From the NCBI GenBank assembly GCA_044229975.1, contig JBGARZ010000002.1, positions 512,001 to 576,000 of the forward strand: a stretch of DNA of 64,000 bases. The letters are read 5' to 3'. This DNA comes from Polyangiales bacterium (GTDB lineage: Bacteria; Myxococcota_A; Polyangia; Polyangiales; Ga0077539). The position numbers were made by a program, and so were the translations under genes. Below the pieces are notes generated by a model that was not told the origin of the DNA, searched no databases, and saw only the letters and a list, made by a program, of their open reading frames with translations. Shown here piece after piece: positions 1 to 9,325 of the stretch; positions within the stretch are counted from its first letter, which is position 1; each line of letters begins with the position of its first letter.

Positions 1-404
1 GGTGGCCCAGCGTCGACGACGACCGCGGGGGTGACGATCGGCGCGGGCGTCGGGGGTGGCGCGGGCGTCGCCGACGCGACCGGCGGAGCAGGACGATCGA
101 CGTACACCACGCGGGGTGGTGCGATGACCGGGACCACGACGGAGTGACGGAGGCGTTCGAGGGCTGTCCCCGCGAGGGCGCCGAGCGCAAAGGACACCAC
201 CGTCAGCAATGCGCGATGGCTCAGCGCACGCCGCCACGGACCAGGCTTCGCGGGCGCGTGTCCACCGCCGAGGGCGGCGCGACGATCGACGCCGCGCAAC
301 AGGCGCTCGGCCGCGGCGGGCGGCAGCGGATCGAGCTCGCGGCTCGCATCGAGCAGCGCGCGCAGGTCGTCGGAGAGGGGGGCGTCTCTCTCGTCGCCGC
401 TCAT
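1..404 (-). CDS. Putative anti-sigma factor / membrane protein, 3' end outside window
   Basis: Not in the ORF track; read manually. ATG at 404 overlaps the ECF sigma stop (ATGA). Translation MSGDERDAPLSDDLRALLDASRELDPLPP..., then a hydrophobic segment (LLTVVSFALGALAG) and a Pro-rich linker; typical of the gene following myxobacterial ECF sigmas. Confidence 0.65.
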   Translation of the reverse strand, partial: MSGDERDAPLSDDLRALLDASRELDPLPPAAAERLLRGVDRRAALGGGHAPAKPGPWRRALSHRALLTVVSFALGALAGTALERLRHSVVVPVIAPPRVVYVDRPAPPVASATPAPPPTPAPIVTPAVVVDAGP

Positions 405-970
405 GGCAGCACCCCCTGGTGACGCAGGCGCGTGACGGCGCCGCGGAAGTCTTCGCGCGCGAGGCGCAGCCGCGAGTACGCCGTGTTGAGGGCGATGCCC
501 AGCGCGGTCGCGACCTCGGGGATCGCTACGCCGTCGAGCTCATGCAGGATGAAGACGGCGCGACGGTCTTCTTCGAGCGCGTCGAGGGCCCGGAGGACGG
601 CCGTTCGCGCCTGGTGGGCGGCGACGGTCTCGTCTGCTCCTGGGGTGGTGTCGACGGCTTCAGGCACGGAGTCCTCGGGGCGTTCGGGGTGACGTCGACG
701 GTAGCGCCGCCACTCGCTGGCGACCCGGTGGGCGATGCCGAAGAGCCACGGCCGCAGCGGCCGGGCGGCGTCGTACTGATCGAGCTGCCGGTACACCCGG
801 AGCAGCACCTCCTGGGTGACATCGTCGAGGTCCGCGGGGCTTACGCCAAGGCGGCGGAGGGTGGTCCAGACGTAGCGGGCCTCGGCGTCGAAGATCGCGC
901 GAAACTGCGGATCTTGCGACGGAGGTGGAGATCCCAGAGGCGGATCACCCGGCAGCATCAGGGACCACAT
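401..970 (-). CDS. ECF RNA polymerase sigma-70 factor
   Basis: Region 2 motifs (VWTTLRRLGV..DLDDVTQEVLL, LRPWLFGIA) and region 4 (RAVFILHELDG..EVATALGIALNTAYSRLRLAR). The true start may be ATG 958. Confidence 0.93.
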   Translation of the reverse strand: MWSLMLPGDPPLGSPPPSQDPQFRAIFDAEARYVWTTLRRLGVSPADLDDVTQEVLLRVYRQLDQYDAARPLRPWLFGIAHRVASEWRRYRRRHPERPEDSVPEAVDTTPGADETVAAHQARTAVLRALDALEEDRRAVFILHELDGVAIPEVATALGIALNTAYSRLRLAREDFRGAVTRLRHQGVLP

Positions 971-1026
971 CCGGTACTTGGCCGCGACCGTCTCATTCCG
1001 TCACGACATGTCAACGACTCGTGAGC

Positions 1027-1158
1027 CGTCGCAGGAGTTCTGACGGGCTGAAGAGGGCGCAAGGACGAGATGAGTTGAGGGTGAGTCGCTCGAGTCGTTC
1101 CTCCCTCGCGACCCTTGCGCCCTCGCGCCCTCTTCAAGCCGCTAGAACTCCTGCGACG
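1027..1158. repeat. Intergenic long inverted repeat (REP/MITE-like hairpin)
   Basis: Arm 1027-1060 (cgtcgcaggagttctgacgggctgaagagggcgc) matches the reverse complement of 1125-1158 at 30/34 positions. Confidence 0.8.
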
Positions 1159-1163
1159 AGGTG

Positions 1164-2174
1164 CTAGGGCGCGAGCTCGACGCCCAGCGCGAGCGTCGCG
1201 GCGACGAGCGGTGTCTCCCACGCCGTCTGGTCGTCGATGAGCAGCGTCGTCGGCGTCAGGGCAAAGTGCACCTCCGCCGCGACACGCCAGCGCAGCGGCC
1301 CCGCGAGCGGCGCGCTCCACGCCACCCTCGCCCCGGCGCGGACGTGTGGCGTCGGCTCACGGTAGGCGATGGAAACCTCGTCGCCCTCCGACACGAGCGC
1401 TCCTGCGAGCACGAGCGCGCCGACCGAGAGGTCGCCGAAGCGATACGCGACCGTAAGACCGACCAGCAGCGGAAGGACATCCACCGTCCCGAAGTTCTGG
1501 CGCTCGCTCGTTGGGAGAAACGCGCGCACATCGAGACCCAGCGCGTAGCGACGGCGCACGAGCGACGCCCCCAGCGAGAGTCCCCACGCCGCGTCGGGCG
1601 AGAGGTTGATCGCGAGCATGGCATCGAGTCCCACGCGCGCCGACCACCTGTCTGGGGCAGGTCCGCGCGGCCGCGAAGGCGGAGTTGGCACTGGCTGCGG
1701 GGGCGGCGGCGCGACGGGTGGTGCGACGACGGCGATCGGGGTGGGCGGCGGCTCGGGCGGCACAACGGGTGGTGACGGCTCGACGGCGCGCGGCGGTGGC
1801 GCGGCCGTGAGGGTGTCGAGGGCGAGGACGAGGGAGAGCACCACGGAGGTCGAGAGCGCGGCGCAGTCGCGTTGCCGAGAGCGCAGCGTGCGTGGTCGGA
1901 GCGAGGCGCCGGTGCCCTCGGAGCGGACCTCCGCGGTGAGCTCGCGTCGATGGCGCGCGAAGGACACGCGGACGTGCAGCGGTGCGTCGGTGCGGAAGGG
2001 ATCGAAGCCGAGGCGCGTGCGCACCGCGTCGGCGATGGCGTCGGTGCTGGGGCAGGAGGTGGCGCCGTCGGCGCGGTCGACGGCGAGGCTCACGGCGGGG
2101 CGCTCCTGCGCGCGGAGGGACGGCGCCCAGGCGAGCAGCAGGAGCGTGACGGAGAGCGTGCGAGGCGAGGCCAT
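1164..2174 (-). CDS. Secreted hypothetical protein with probable C-terminal outer-membrane beta-barrel
   Basis: Signal peptide (..LLLLAWAPSLRA), two-Cys N-domain, Pro-rich linker, alternating beta-strand-like C-terminus; upstream of the ECF pair. Confidence 0.65.
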   Translation of the reverse strand: MASPRTLSVTLLLLAWAPSLRAQERPAVSLAVDRADGATSCPSTDAIADAVRTRLGFDPFRTDAPLHVRVSFARHRRELTAEVRSEGTGASLRPRTLRSRQRDCAALSTSVVLSLVLALDTLTAAPPPRAVEPSPPVVPPEPPPTPIAVVAPPVAPPPPQPVPTPPSRPRGPAPDRWSARVGLDAMLAINLSPDAAWGLSLGASLVRRRYALGLDVRAFLPTSERQNFGTVDVLPLLVGLTVAYRFGDLSVGALVLAGALVSEGDEVSIAYREPTPHVRAGARVAWSAPLAGPLRWRVAAEVHFALTPTTLLIDDQTAWETPLVAATLALGVELAP

Positions 2175-2242
2175 CGGAGGGAGGAGGACGCTGTGTACCT
2201 CACAGCGGCGCGAGACACTCTACGGACGATCGCCGCGGCGCT

Positions 2243-4003
2243 TCACGACGCGTACGGGCGCGGCGCGACGTCGACCTGGACCTCCGTGAGGATGAAGTTG
2301 CCCGGGCTCCCCGAGCTCGACGCGGTGCCGGGCCCGTTGGACGGGAGCCGCGTGTCCTCCATGGCCTCGATGCGCAGCCCGGTGATGCGATGGAGCGGCG
2401 TGTCGAGCGTGACCGTATACGTCGAGGTGGCCGAGGCGCCCGAGGCGTAGAGCGATCCGTCGCTCTGGGCCGTGAGCGTGACGCCGTCCGAGGCGACGGC
2501 GGAGAGGATGGCGGGCACCACCCAGATCGCGGGGAGACCGACGTTGCCGCCCGTGGCGAGGCCGTCGGCGAAGTCGTCGCGCGACGCAGTGGTTACCGCG
2601 AGACGGAAGCGGCCGAGGCGATGCGGGGTGGAGTTGGCCTGGATGAGGCGAACCACCAGGCGGGTGCCGTTGGGGTAGGCCACCGTGTCGGTGGAGAGCT
2701 CGAAGGCAGCGGTCTCGGCGCTGGTGGCGCCGCTGGCGCGCGCGATGGCCCAGCCGCCGTTGGCGACGCCGGTGTCGACCGCGCGGCTCACGGCGTAGCC
2801 GTCCTGCGAGAAGGTCGCGGCGGCGGTGGCGAAGGTGATGGGCGTGGCGCCCGCGAAGAGCGTCGGCCCCTGGGTGAAGACGATCTCGGAGAGGACGAAG
2901 TTGCCGTCGCCCGCGCGGCCAGGACCGTTGGTGGGCAGCGACGGGTCGCCGATGGCGTCGAGGCGGAAGCCCGTGATCCCCACGAGCGAGGTGCCGAGGA
3001 TGACGCGGAAGTGCGCGAGCCCCGCCGCCGAGCCGCTCGCGATGATCGCGCCGTCGGGGCGGATGGTGAGCGCGCCGACGTCGGTGGTCGCGAGGACAGG
3101 GGTGAGCTGGGTCCAGATGGCGTTGGGCCCGATCTGGCCACCGCTGGCGAGGCCGTCGGCGAACATCGAGCGGTCGGCGGTGGTCGCATACAGACGGAAG
3201 GCGCCGAGGTGGTAGCCGTCGATGGTGGTGAAGTTCAGGTCGACGTTGACCTGCGTTCCGTTGGGGTAGATCGGGGTGTTGGTGACGGTCTCGAACACCG
3301 CCGACTGAGGGCTCGTGGCGCCGTCGCCGCTGATGGCCCAGCCGTCGTTGCCCGAGCCCGCGGGGATGATCCCGTTGGCGGCCTCGCTCACGGGATAGAG
3401 GGCCTGCGAGAAGGTGGCGGCGGAGGGTCCGAGTGGTACGGGCGCGAGCATCGGGAGCGACGCGTCGGGCGCGTCGGGCGCAACGTCGCGCGGGACGTCC
3501 ACGCCCGCGTCGAAGCCGGCGTCCGTGCCGGTGTCGGTGCGAACGTCCATCCCGACATCGAAGCCAACATCGAACCCGGCATCGAAGCCAGCGTCGAAGC
3601 CCGCATCGAAGCCCGCATCGGTGGGCGCAGTACCCGCGTCGGTCGCGGGCGATCCGGCGTCGCTGCCGACGTCCTCGGGCGCGGGGACATCGGGCGCGGG
3701 GACGTCCTCGCCCACGTCGACCGCGAGCACATCGACGACGTCGACCGCCGGGACGTCGGGCGTCACGACGGGCACATCCACCGCGTTGCCACGATCATCC
3801 GATGCGCCGCGATCATCCGATGCGCCGCGATCATCGAAGGTGCCGCGGTCTTCGGCGGTCCCGCGATCGTCGACCAACGCCGCATCGGCGTCCGGTACAT
3901 CGGGAAGCGGAGGGACGATGGACTCTGGATCACCGCACCCTTCCAGCGCGAGGAGCGCGAGCGCGAGCAGTCCGACGTGACGACCCTTGGCGAATCTCTT
4001 CAT
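2243..4003 (-). CDS. Lipoprotein with DAG-rich linker and two tandem ~190-aa beta-rich domains
   Basis: ATG at 4003 with an AGGAG RBS; lipobox LALEGC; two repeats ending ITG(F/L)R(L/I)(D/E)A..D..LP.NGPG...GNF(V/I)L(S/T)E. Confidence 0.8.
   Translation of the reverse strand: MKRFAKGRHVGLLALALLALEGCGDPESIVPPLPDVPDADAALVDDRGTAEDRGTFDDRGASDDRGASDDRGNAVDVPVVTPDVPAVDVVDVLAVDVGEDVPAPDVPAPEDVGSDAGSPATDAGTAPTDAGFDAGFDAGFDAGFDVGFDVGMDVRTDTGTDAGFDAGVDVPRDVAPDAPDASLPMLAPVPLGPSAATFSQALYPVSEAANGIIPAGSGNDGWAISGDGATSPQSAVFETVTNTPIYPNGTQVNVDLNFTTIDGYHLGAFRLYATTADRSMFADGLASGGQIGPNAIWTQLTPVLATTDVGALTIRPDGAIIASGSAAGLAHFRVILGTSLVGITGFRLDAIGDPSLPTNGPGRAGDGNFVLSEIVFTQGPTLFAGATPITFATAAATFSQDGYAVSRAVDTGVANGGWAIARASGATSAETAAFELSTDTVAYPNGTRLVVRLIQANSTPHRLGRFRLAVTTASRDDFADGLATGGNVGLPAIWVVPAILSAVASDGVTLTAQSDGSLYASGASATSTYTVTLDTPLHRITGLRIEAMEDTRLPSNGPGTASSSGSPGNFILTEVQVDVAPRPYAS
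3540..3625 (-). repeat. 12-bp coding tandem repeat (DAGF/DVGF)
   Basis: About five cgaagcccgcat-like units. An 18-bp unit (DDRGAS) repeats at about 3790-3870. Confidence 0.8.
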
Positions 4004-4232
4004 CCATCTCTCCTGACGTTGAGGTCCTTGCGGGCGTGAGGAGGCGATCGCGCGCGAGCACCTCCGCTCGACGCACCGTCGGTCCCTCAGCACGCGACGA
4101 TCGCGACGGCGCCTCGTGGGCACCGCGCGACCGTCCACTCCCCCGCCGCGCTCACACGAGCGTGGTGGGTCTCTCCGGGGGATTGGCCTCCCGTCCGAAG
4201 GTCCGTCACGGAATCGTACGGGCGGACGACGA

Positions 4233-4877
4233 TCACACGCCGTCGAGCGAAACCGCCGTGACGTTGCCCGGGTCGGCGAAGCGTTGGTCGTCGGCGAGCG
4301 CGCGAGCGAGCGCCTCGTCGGTCGCACCGTCGGCGAGTTCGACGGGGTAACCGCGCACCCCGGCGTCGCCCATCCACAGGTGTTCGTAGAGCGCGTGGCC
4401 GAAGAGGACGCGGCGGTCGGGACCGCACAGCACGCCGCCCTCGTCGATCATGGCGAGGGTGTCCTGCTCGCGCGAGCGGGCGTTGGGCAGGCGGACGAGC
4501 TCGACCCCGAGGCGACGGACGTGGGCGTCGTGCTGCCGCCGCGCGAGGGCTCTCTTGGCCAGCGGAAAGGACGCCCAGACGAGCGCGTTGAAGAGGTCGT
4601 GCGGGTTGCCGAGGCGGGTCGCCACGAGGCCCTCGCGGTGGATGCGAACGTCGTACAGCGCCGAGACGTCGCGCCGCTTCGCCCGCCGACTACGCGGCGC
4701 GGACGGGGCAAACTCCACGCGAGACAGCCCCGACGGGTTGACGTGGACATCGAGGCGACGATTGAGTTCGTCGAGCGAGGGCCAATCGGAGAGATCGCGG
4801 AGGGAGGAGGCGGCGGGGCGGAGGTCGCGGCACCAGGGCGCGTCGACGAAGGCCGTCGACCAGGGCGGAGGCGCCAC
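4233..4877 (-). CDS. DUF3025 family protein
   Basis: Motifs VATR..NPHDLFNALVW..FP..K, DTLAMIDEGGV and FGHALYEHL. Confidence 0.8.
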   Translation of the reverse strand: MAPPPWSTAFVDAPWCRDLRPAASSLRDLSDWPSLDELNRRLDVHVNPSGLSRVEFAPSAPRSRRAKRRDVSALYDVRIHREGLVATRLGNPHDLFNALVWASFPLAKRALARRQHDAHVRRLGVELVRLPNARSREQDTLAMIDEGGVLCGPDRRVLFGHALYEHLWMGDAGVRGYPVELADGATDEALARALADDQRFADPGNVTAVSLDGV

Positions 4878-4889
4878 CGCGCGATCCTG

Positions 4890-5606
4890 TCAGGTGAGGC
4901 TCTCGGCGACGAAGATCACGTCGTCGGGGAGGAGGTCGAAGTCGGCCACGCGCCCTTCGGCGATGTCCTCGGCGCGCAGCACGAAGGTGCGACGGTGGGC
5001 CACGCCGCTGTCGGCGTCGCGGTCGAGGCGGGTGACGCGCACGGTGTTCTTGTCCGCGACTGCCGTGAAGCCGCCCGCGAGCGCGATGGCCTGCGAGAGC
5101 GTGAGGCACTGCTGGTGGGGAAACACACCCGGGTGCTGCACCTGGCCGAAGATCGAGATGCGGCGGCTGTTGATCTCGCGCACCTCGACGCGCACCGTCG
5201 GGTCGCGGAGGATGTTCTGCCCTCGAAAGCTGTCGGGTGAGCTCGCACCGACGCGCGGACCCAGGCGCTCGACCAGTTGCGTCGCCTGAGCACGGACCTC
5301 CGGGGTGTCTTCACCGAGGCGAAGCCGAAGCATGTCAGCCAGCTCGCTGGACTGGAGGTTGGTCACACGCACCCGACCCAGGTACGGGTAGGTGATGGTT
5401 CCGTCTTCCCCGACGCGGTAATCGCCCGTGAAGTTGGCCTCGTTGAAGACCGTGACCGTGAGCACGTCGCGCGGGCCGATGCCGATCGCGATGTTGTTGC
5501 ACGCCGAGCGCGGCGGAAGCGTCGCGCCGATGGGACGACGACAGCCCCCCATCATCGCGACGACGAGGAGGGAGGTGATCACGAGGGGGCGGTGCTGGGG
5601 GATCAT
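4890..5606 (-). CDS. Polysaccharide export OPX/Wza-family lipoprotein (Poly_export + SLBB)
   Basis: IGPRDVLTVTVF, YRVGEDGTITYPYLGRVRV, ISIFGQVQHPG, LSQAIALAGG, LLPDDVIFVAES; lipobox MMGGC. Start chosen at ATG 5606. Confidence 0.9.
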   Translation of the reverse strand: MIPQHRPLVITSLLVVAMMGGCRRPIGATLPPRSACNNIAIGIGPRDVLTVTVFNEANFTGDYRVGEDGTITYPYLGRVRVTNLQSSELADMLRLRLGEDTPEVRAQATQLVERLGPRVGASSPDSFRGQNILRDPTVRVEVREINSRRISIFGQVQHPGVFPHQQCLTLSQAIALAGGFTAVADKNTVRVTRLDRDADSGVAHRRTFVLRAEDIAEGRVADFDLLPDDVIFVAESLT

Positions 5607-5620
5607 GGGGCGGCAGGTCA

Positions 5621-6982
5621 GTGGGTGCGTCGGGTCGTCGCGAAGTTCACCGCAACGCCCCGGGGAGTATCCCCTCCGAGGTCGCCGTGGCAACGGGATT
5701 GGGCCGGGAAGTTGCTCCCCACGCGGTCGGGCGTGCTAGCGCGACCGTCGTGCGTCGCTGGTCCCACATCGCGCTCTCGGTCGTGGCCTCCATCGCCGCT
5801 CCAGGGTGCCGCTCCCGCTCCAACTCGCCCGCCGACGCGGCCGTGGTCTCGTCGGCCCGCACGCCCCGCGAGGCACCTCCGACGGCCCCGATTCCGCTGC
5901 GCGCTCCGACCGCCGACACGGGCGCCTCGGCCGCGGTGACTACCCGACCGCTCCCCTCGGCGGGCGCCGTTGTCTCCGTCCCCGCGGGGTCCTTCGCGCT
6001 CGGCAGCACGCCGGGTGATCCCGGTCGCGACCCGGCCGTCGAGGCCGACCTCCCGCGGGTGCAGCTCCCGGCGTTTACCATCGACGCGCTCCCGTATCCC
6101 AACGACCCGGCGACGGCGCCCACCACCGGGCTCACCCGCGAGGCCGCCGAGCGCGCGTGCGGCGAGCGTGGCCGTCGGCTCTGCTCGGAGCTCGAATGGG
6201 AGCGCGCCTGCAAGGGCCCCGGCAACACGATGTACCCGGGCGGCGCGGCCTGGGGCGGCGCGCAGTGCACCGCGGGCGACCTCGGGCGCTGCGCCTCCTC
6301 CGAGGGAACCCTCGCGATGGGAACGCGCCTCGCCGAGTGGACCCGCGACGACATCGACACCCGCGCCATCATCCGCGGCGCCGGCGCGACCGCCGCCGGA
6401 CCGCAGCACCGCTGCGCCGCGAGGCGAACGGCGCTCGCCAGCCAGGCCGGGCTCGACGTGACCTTTCGCTGCTGCGGCGGCGCGGCGCCGCCCGCCGTGA
6501 CGTACCCGCGGGAAGTCTCGCGGCGTCCGTTTCGCGAAGAGCCGATGACGGCACAGCAGGTGTCGGCCATCGTCGCTTCGGTGCCCGAGCTGGAGCGACT
6601 GCACCTCCGCGACGGCCTCGCGATGTTTCTCCCGGGCGCCATCAACGAGGTGATGAACCACGGCGCGACGACCGTCGAGATGCACCCGGAGTTCACCATC
6701 ACGGTCAACCCGGTGCGCTGGAGCCCGACCTTCGGCGAGGAGATCGTGGTGCTCGCAGCGCGGTCGCGCGTCGGGAGCTGGGTCGCGGCGCTGTGGGTGC
6801 TGCCCGACGGTCGCTACCGCCACGCGTCGAGCTTCCTGCTCCAGAACGACGCCGTCGCCATCGCGCTCGCCTACGGCGACGCCCGCCGCGAGGTGGTCTG
6901 GTCGTCGTGCTGGAACTGCGGCGGCGAACACGGCGCCGTCTCGTACACGGACGAGAACCGCGTGCTCATCGTGCAGCGCTGA
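5621..6982 (+). CDS. Formylglycine-generating-enzyme (SUMF1/FGE) domain lipoprotein
   Basis: VPAGSFALGS, FTIDALPYPN, GRRLCSELEWERACKG, TFRCC. The real start is probably downstream (GTG near 5749). Confidence 0.8.
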   Translation: MGASGRREVHRNAPGSIPSEVAVATGLGREVAPHAVGRASATVVRRWSHIALSVVASIAAPGCRSRSNSPADAAVVSSARTPREAPPTAPIPLRAPTADTGASAAVTTRPLPSAGAVVSVPAGSFALGSTPGDPGRDPAVEADLPRVQLPAFTIDALPYPNDPATAPTTGLTREAAERACGERGRRLCSELEWERACKGPGNTMYPGGAAWGGAQCTAGDLGRCASSEGTLAMGTRLAEWTRDDIDTRAIIRGAGATAAGPQHRCAARRTALASQAGLDVTFRCCGGAAPPAVTYPREVSRRPFREEPMTAQQVSAIVASVPELERLHLRDGLAMFLPGAINEVMNHGATTVEMHPEFTITVNPVRWSPTFGEEIVVLAARSRVGSWVAALWVLPDGRYRHASSFLLQNDAVAIALAYGDARREVVWSSCWNCGGEHGAVSYTDENRVLIVQR

Positions 6983-7028
6983 GCTTCGCCCTCCCACCCG
7001 TCGGCCCGGTCGGGCGATACTCCGCCGG

Positions 7029-8780
7029 GTGACCGCCACCGCGACACCGCCCGAGGGGAAGACCGACGACCCGCTACCCCTCACCGCCGAGCGGCCGCCC
7101 GAGGACCGCACGCCGACCCCGAGCACGCGGTCTCGCCCCGAGCGCAAGGTGCCGCTGCGCGTGTGGCTCTATCCCTTCTTGTTTCTGCTGGGAGCGTCGG
7201 CGCTGATCTTCCTCGGCGCCTACGCCCTCGACGCGCGCCGTCTCCCGAAGGCCCCGTCCTTCTTCTGGACGCTGACCCACTACGACGGCGCGTCCGTCGC
7301 CGACCTCCTGCGCGACGTGAGCCAGCTCGTGACGGCCCTCCTCGGCGTGGCCATCTCGGTGGTGGCCATCATCGTCGAGCTCGCGGCCAACCGGTACACC
7401 CACAAGATCACCGAGCTCTTCTTCCGCTCCGCCGTGAACTTCTCGGTGATGGGCTTCTTCGTCGTCGCAGCCATCAACTCCATCTGGGTGTCGTTCACCT
7501 TCCGCGAGGGCTTCACGCCCGTCTGGGGCACACTCATCTCGATGGTGCTGATGACCCTCAGCATGCTGCTGCTCTTGCCCTACTTCGCCTTCGTCTTCGA
7601 CTTCCTCAACCCCCTCAACATCGTCGCCCGCATCCGCGCCGAGACCCTCGGCATCATCCGCGACGCGCCCGCCTCCATCGCCACGGCGCGCCGCAGCGCC
7701 GAGACCACCCAGGAGGGCGCCGCCGACGGCACCGAGCAGCTCTGCGACGTCGTGCTCAACGCCATGGCCAACCACGACGGCGCCATCGCCGTGGCCAGCG
7801 TCAACGCCCTCGGCGACCTCGGCCAGGACTACCTCGACGTGAAGGGCGCCCTCCCCCTCGACTGGTTCGTCATCACCGAGGCCGTCGCGCAAAACCCGGA
7901 CTTCGTCTCCATGTCACCGGAGGTGCTGGAGTCCGTCGGCCGCGAGCGCGACTGGTTCGAGTTCAAGCTGCTGCGGCAGTTTCAGACCATCTACCAGGGC
8001 GGCCTCGGGGGCAGCCGCGAGCTCTGCTACGTGGTCGCCATCAAGACCCGCGAGCTCGCCGAGAGCGCCATGGAGCGCGACGAGCCCCGCGTCGTCTCTC
8101 TCTGCATCAAGTTCTTCAACACCTTCCTTCGCAGCACGGTCAACAGCCGCGACGTGCGCACGGCCTACAACGTCCTGCACCAGTACCGCCTGCTCGGCGA
8201 CGCCGCCCTCCAGCGCAACCAGGGGCGCTTCGCCGTCGAGGTCGCGCGCTACTTCAAGTACTACGGGCAGCTCGCCTTCAACGTCGACCTCGGGTTCATC
8301 CTCGAGACCTCGGCGTACGACCTCTGCACCCTCAACGAGATCGCCTTCAACCTGAAGTCCCCCGAGCGCGCCGAGCTCCTCCGCATCTTCCTCCAGGTCG
8401 ACAAGGAGGGCGACGGCGGCACCCGCGAGGCGTCGCTCAAGGGCGTCCGCAAGGCGCAGGTGAAGCTCGCCACCTGGTACCTCCTCCACGGCGACGAGAC
8501 CTCCGCACGGGAGGTGTTCCGCGACATGCGCTACGAGAGCCCGGCGCGGCTCGCCTCCATCCGCGACGAGATCCTCTCCGTCACCTCGCCCGAGTTCTGG
8601 GAGATCACCGACCGCGGAACCAACTTCGACTACATCCCCGCCGCGCGAAAGCGTCGGCTGGTGGAGTTCTTCGCGTGGTTCGGCGACACCATTCCCCCGC
8701 CGCGCGTGGGGCTCCTCCCCGACGAAGACCCGAGCGAACGACCCGCCCCCGCCAACGTCCCCAACCCCGCTCACACCTGA
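7029..8780 (+). CDS. DUF2254-like membrane protein
   Basis: Four to five N-terminal TM helices with IIVELAANRYTHKI, then a helical soluble domain; strong GC3 codon bias. Confidence 0.7.
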   Translation: MTATATPPEGKTDDPLPLTAERPPEDRTPTPSTRSRPERKVPLRVWLYPFLFLLGASALIFLGAYALDARRLPKAPSFFWTLTHYDGASVADLLRDVSQLVTALLGVAISVVAIIVELAANRYTHKITELFFRSAVNFSVMGFFVVAAINSIWVSFTFREGFTPVWGTLISMVLMTLSMLLLLPYFAFVFDFLNPLNIVARIRAETLGIIRDAPASIATARRSAETTQEGAADGTEQLCDVVLNAMANHDGAIAVASVNALGDLGQDYLDVKGALPLDWFVITEAVAQNPDFVSMSPEVLESVGRERDWFEFKLLRQFQTIYQGGLGGSRELCYVVAIKTRELAESAMERDEPRVVSLCIKFFNTFLRSTVNSRDVRTAYNVLHQYRLLGDAALQRNQGRFAVEVARYFKYYGQLAFNVDLGFILETSAYDLCTLNEIAFNLKSPERAELLRIFLQVDKEGDGGTREASLKGVRKAQVKLATWYLLHGDETSAREVFRDMRYESPARLASIRDEILSVTSPEFWEITDRGTNFDYIPAARKRRLVEFFAWFGDTIPPPRVGLLPDEDPSERPAPANVPNPAHT

Positions 8781-9031
8781 CCGCGCACTGTACGGGCCTT
8801 GCACATCGGGGGCGCGCAAGGAGCGGACATCGCCTCCGCGCCCGGTGATCACACTCCAGTAATTGTCCGTAATCGTGCGTCATTCGCACCGCGGAACGAT
8901 GACTGCATTGACCCCGTTTCAACAGGAGACGGCGACGTGACGATCACGACAGGAGTGCACAGTGACGGCGGTCGGAGGGTGGGCGTGGCGGCAGCGTGCC
9001 GTCGGTTTGCACACGCACAAGGGAGGTCGAC

Positions 9032-9307
9032 ATGGGCGCTCGCTTCACGGTGACCAGCGGGGCTGAGCTGCTCAAGGGCATGACCAGCGGGCGCGTTCAG
9101 CTCCCGAAGGGTGAGACGGCCATCGACTCGGTGGTGCGTCGCATCCAGCGCGAGACGGGCCTCCGCTTCGTCACGCTGCGGCAGGACTCCTGCGAGCGCG
9201 ACGACGGCGGCGAGGTGGTCGCCTGGCACTACGAGATCCTGCTCGGTCGCGGTCGGGCCAAGGCCATCGCCGGCGCCGTCCACGTCACCATCACCAGCAG
9301 CGCGTAG
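9032..9307 (+). CDS. Small hypothetical protein (91 aa)
   Basis: GGGAGG RBS before ATG 9032; host-like codon usage. Confidence 0.7.
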   Translation: MGARFTVTSGAELLKGMTSGRVQLPKGETAIDSVVRRIQRETGLRFVTLRQDSCERDDGGEVVAWHYEILLGRGRAKAIAGAVHVTITSSA

Positions 9308-9325
9308 CGCGCCGCTCCGCTGCCG

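Noticed and set aside
4080..4180. Glycine, SAM or TPP riboswitch (GGAGAGACC, CTGAGGGA fragments on the minus strand)
   Set aside because: The remaining conserved elements are missing and the downstream gene has no matching function.
4890..5606. Complete exopolysaccharide cluster
   Set aside because: Only the OPX gene is present; no wzc, wzx or wzy in the window.
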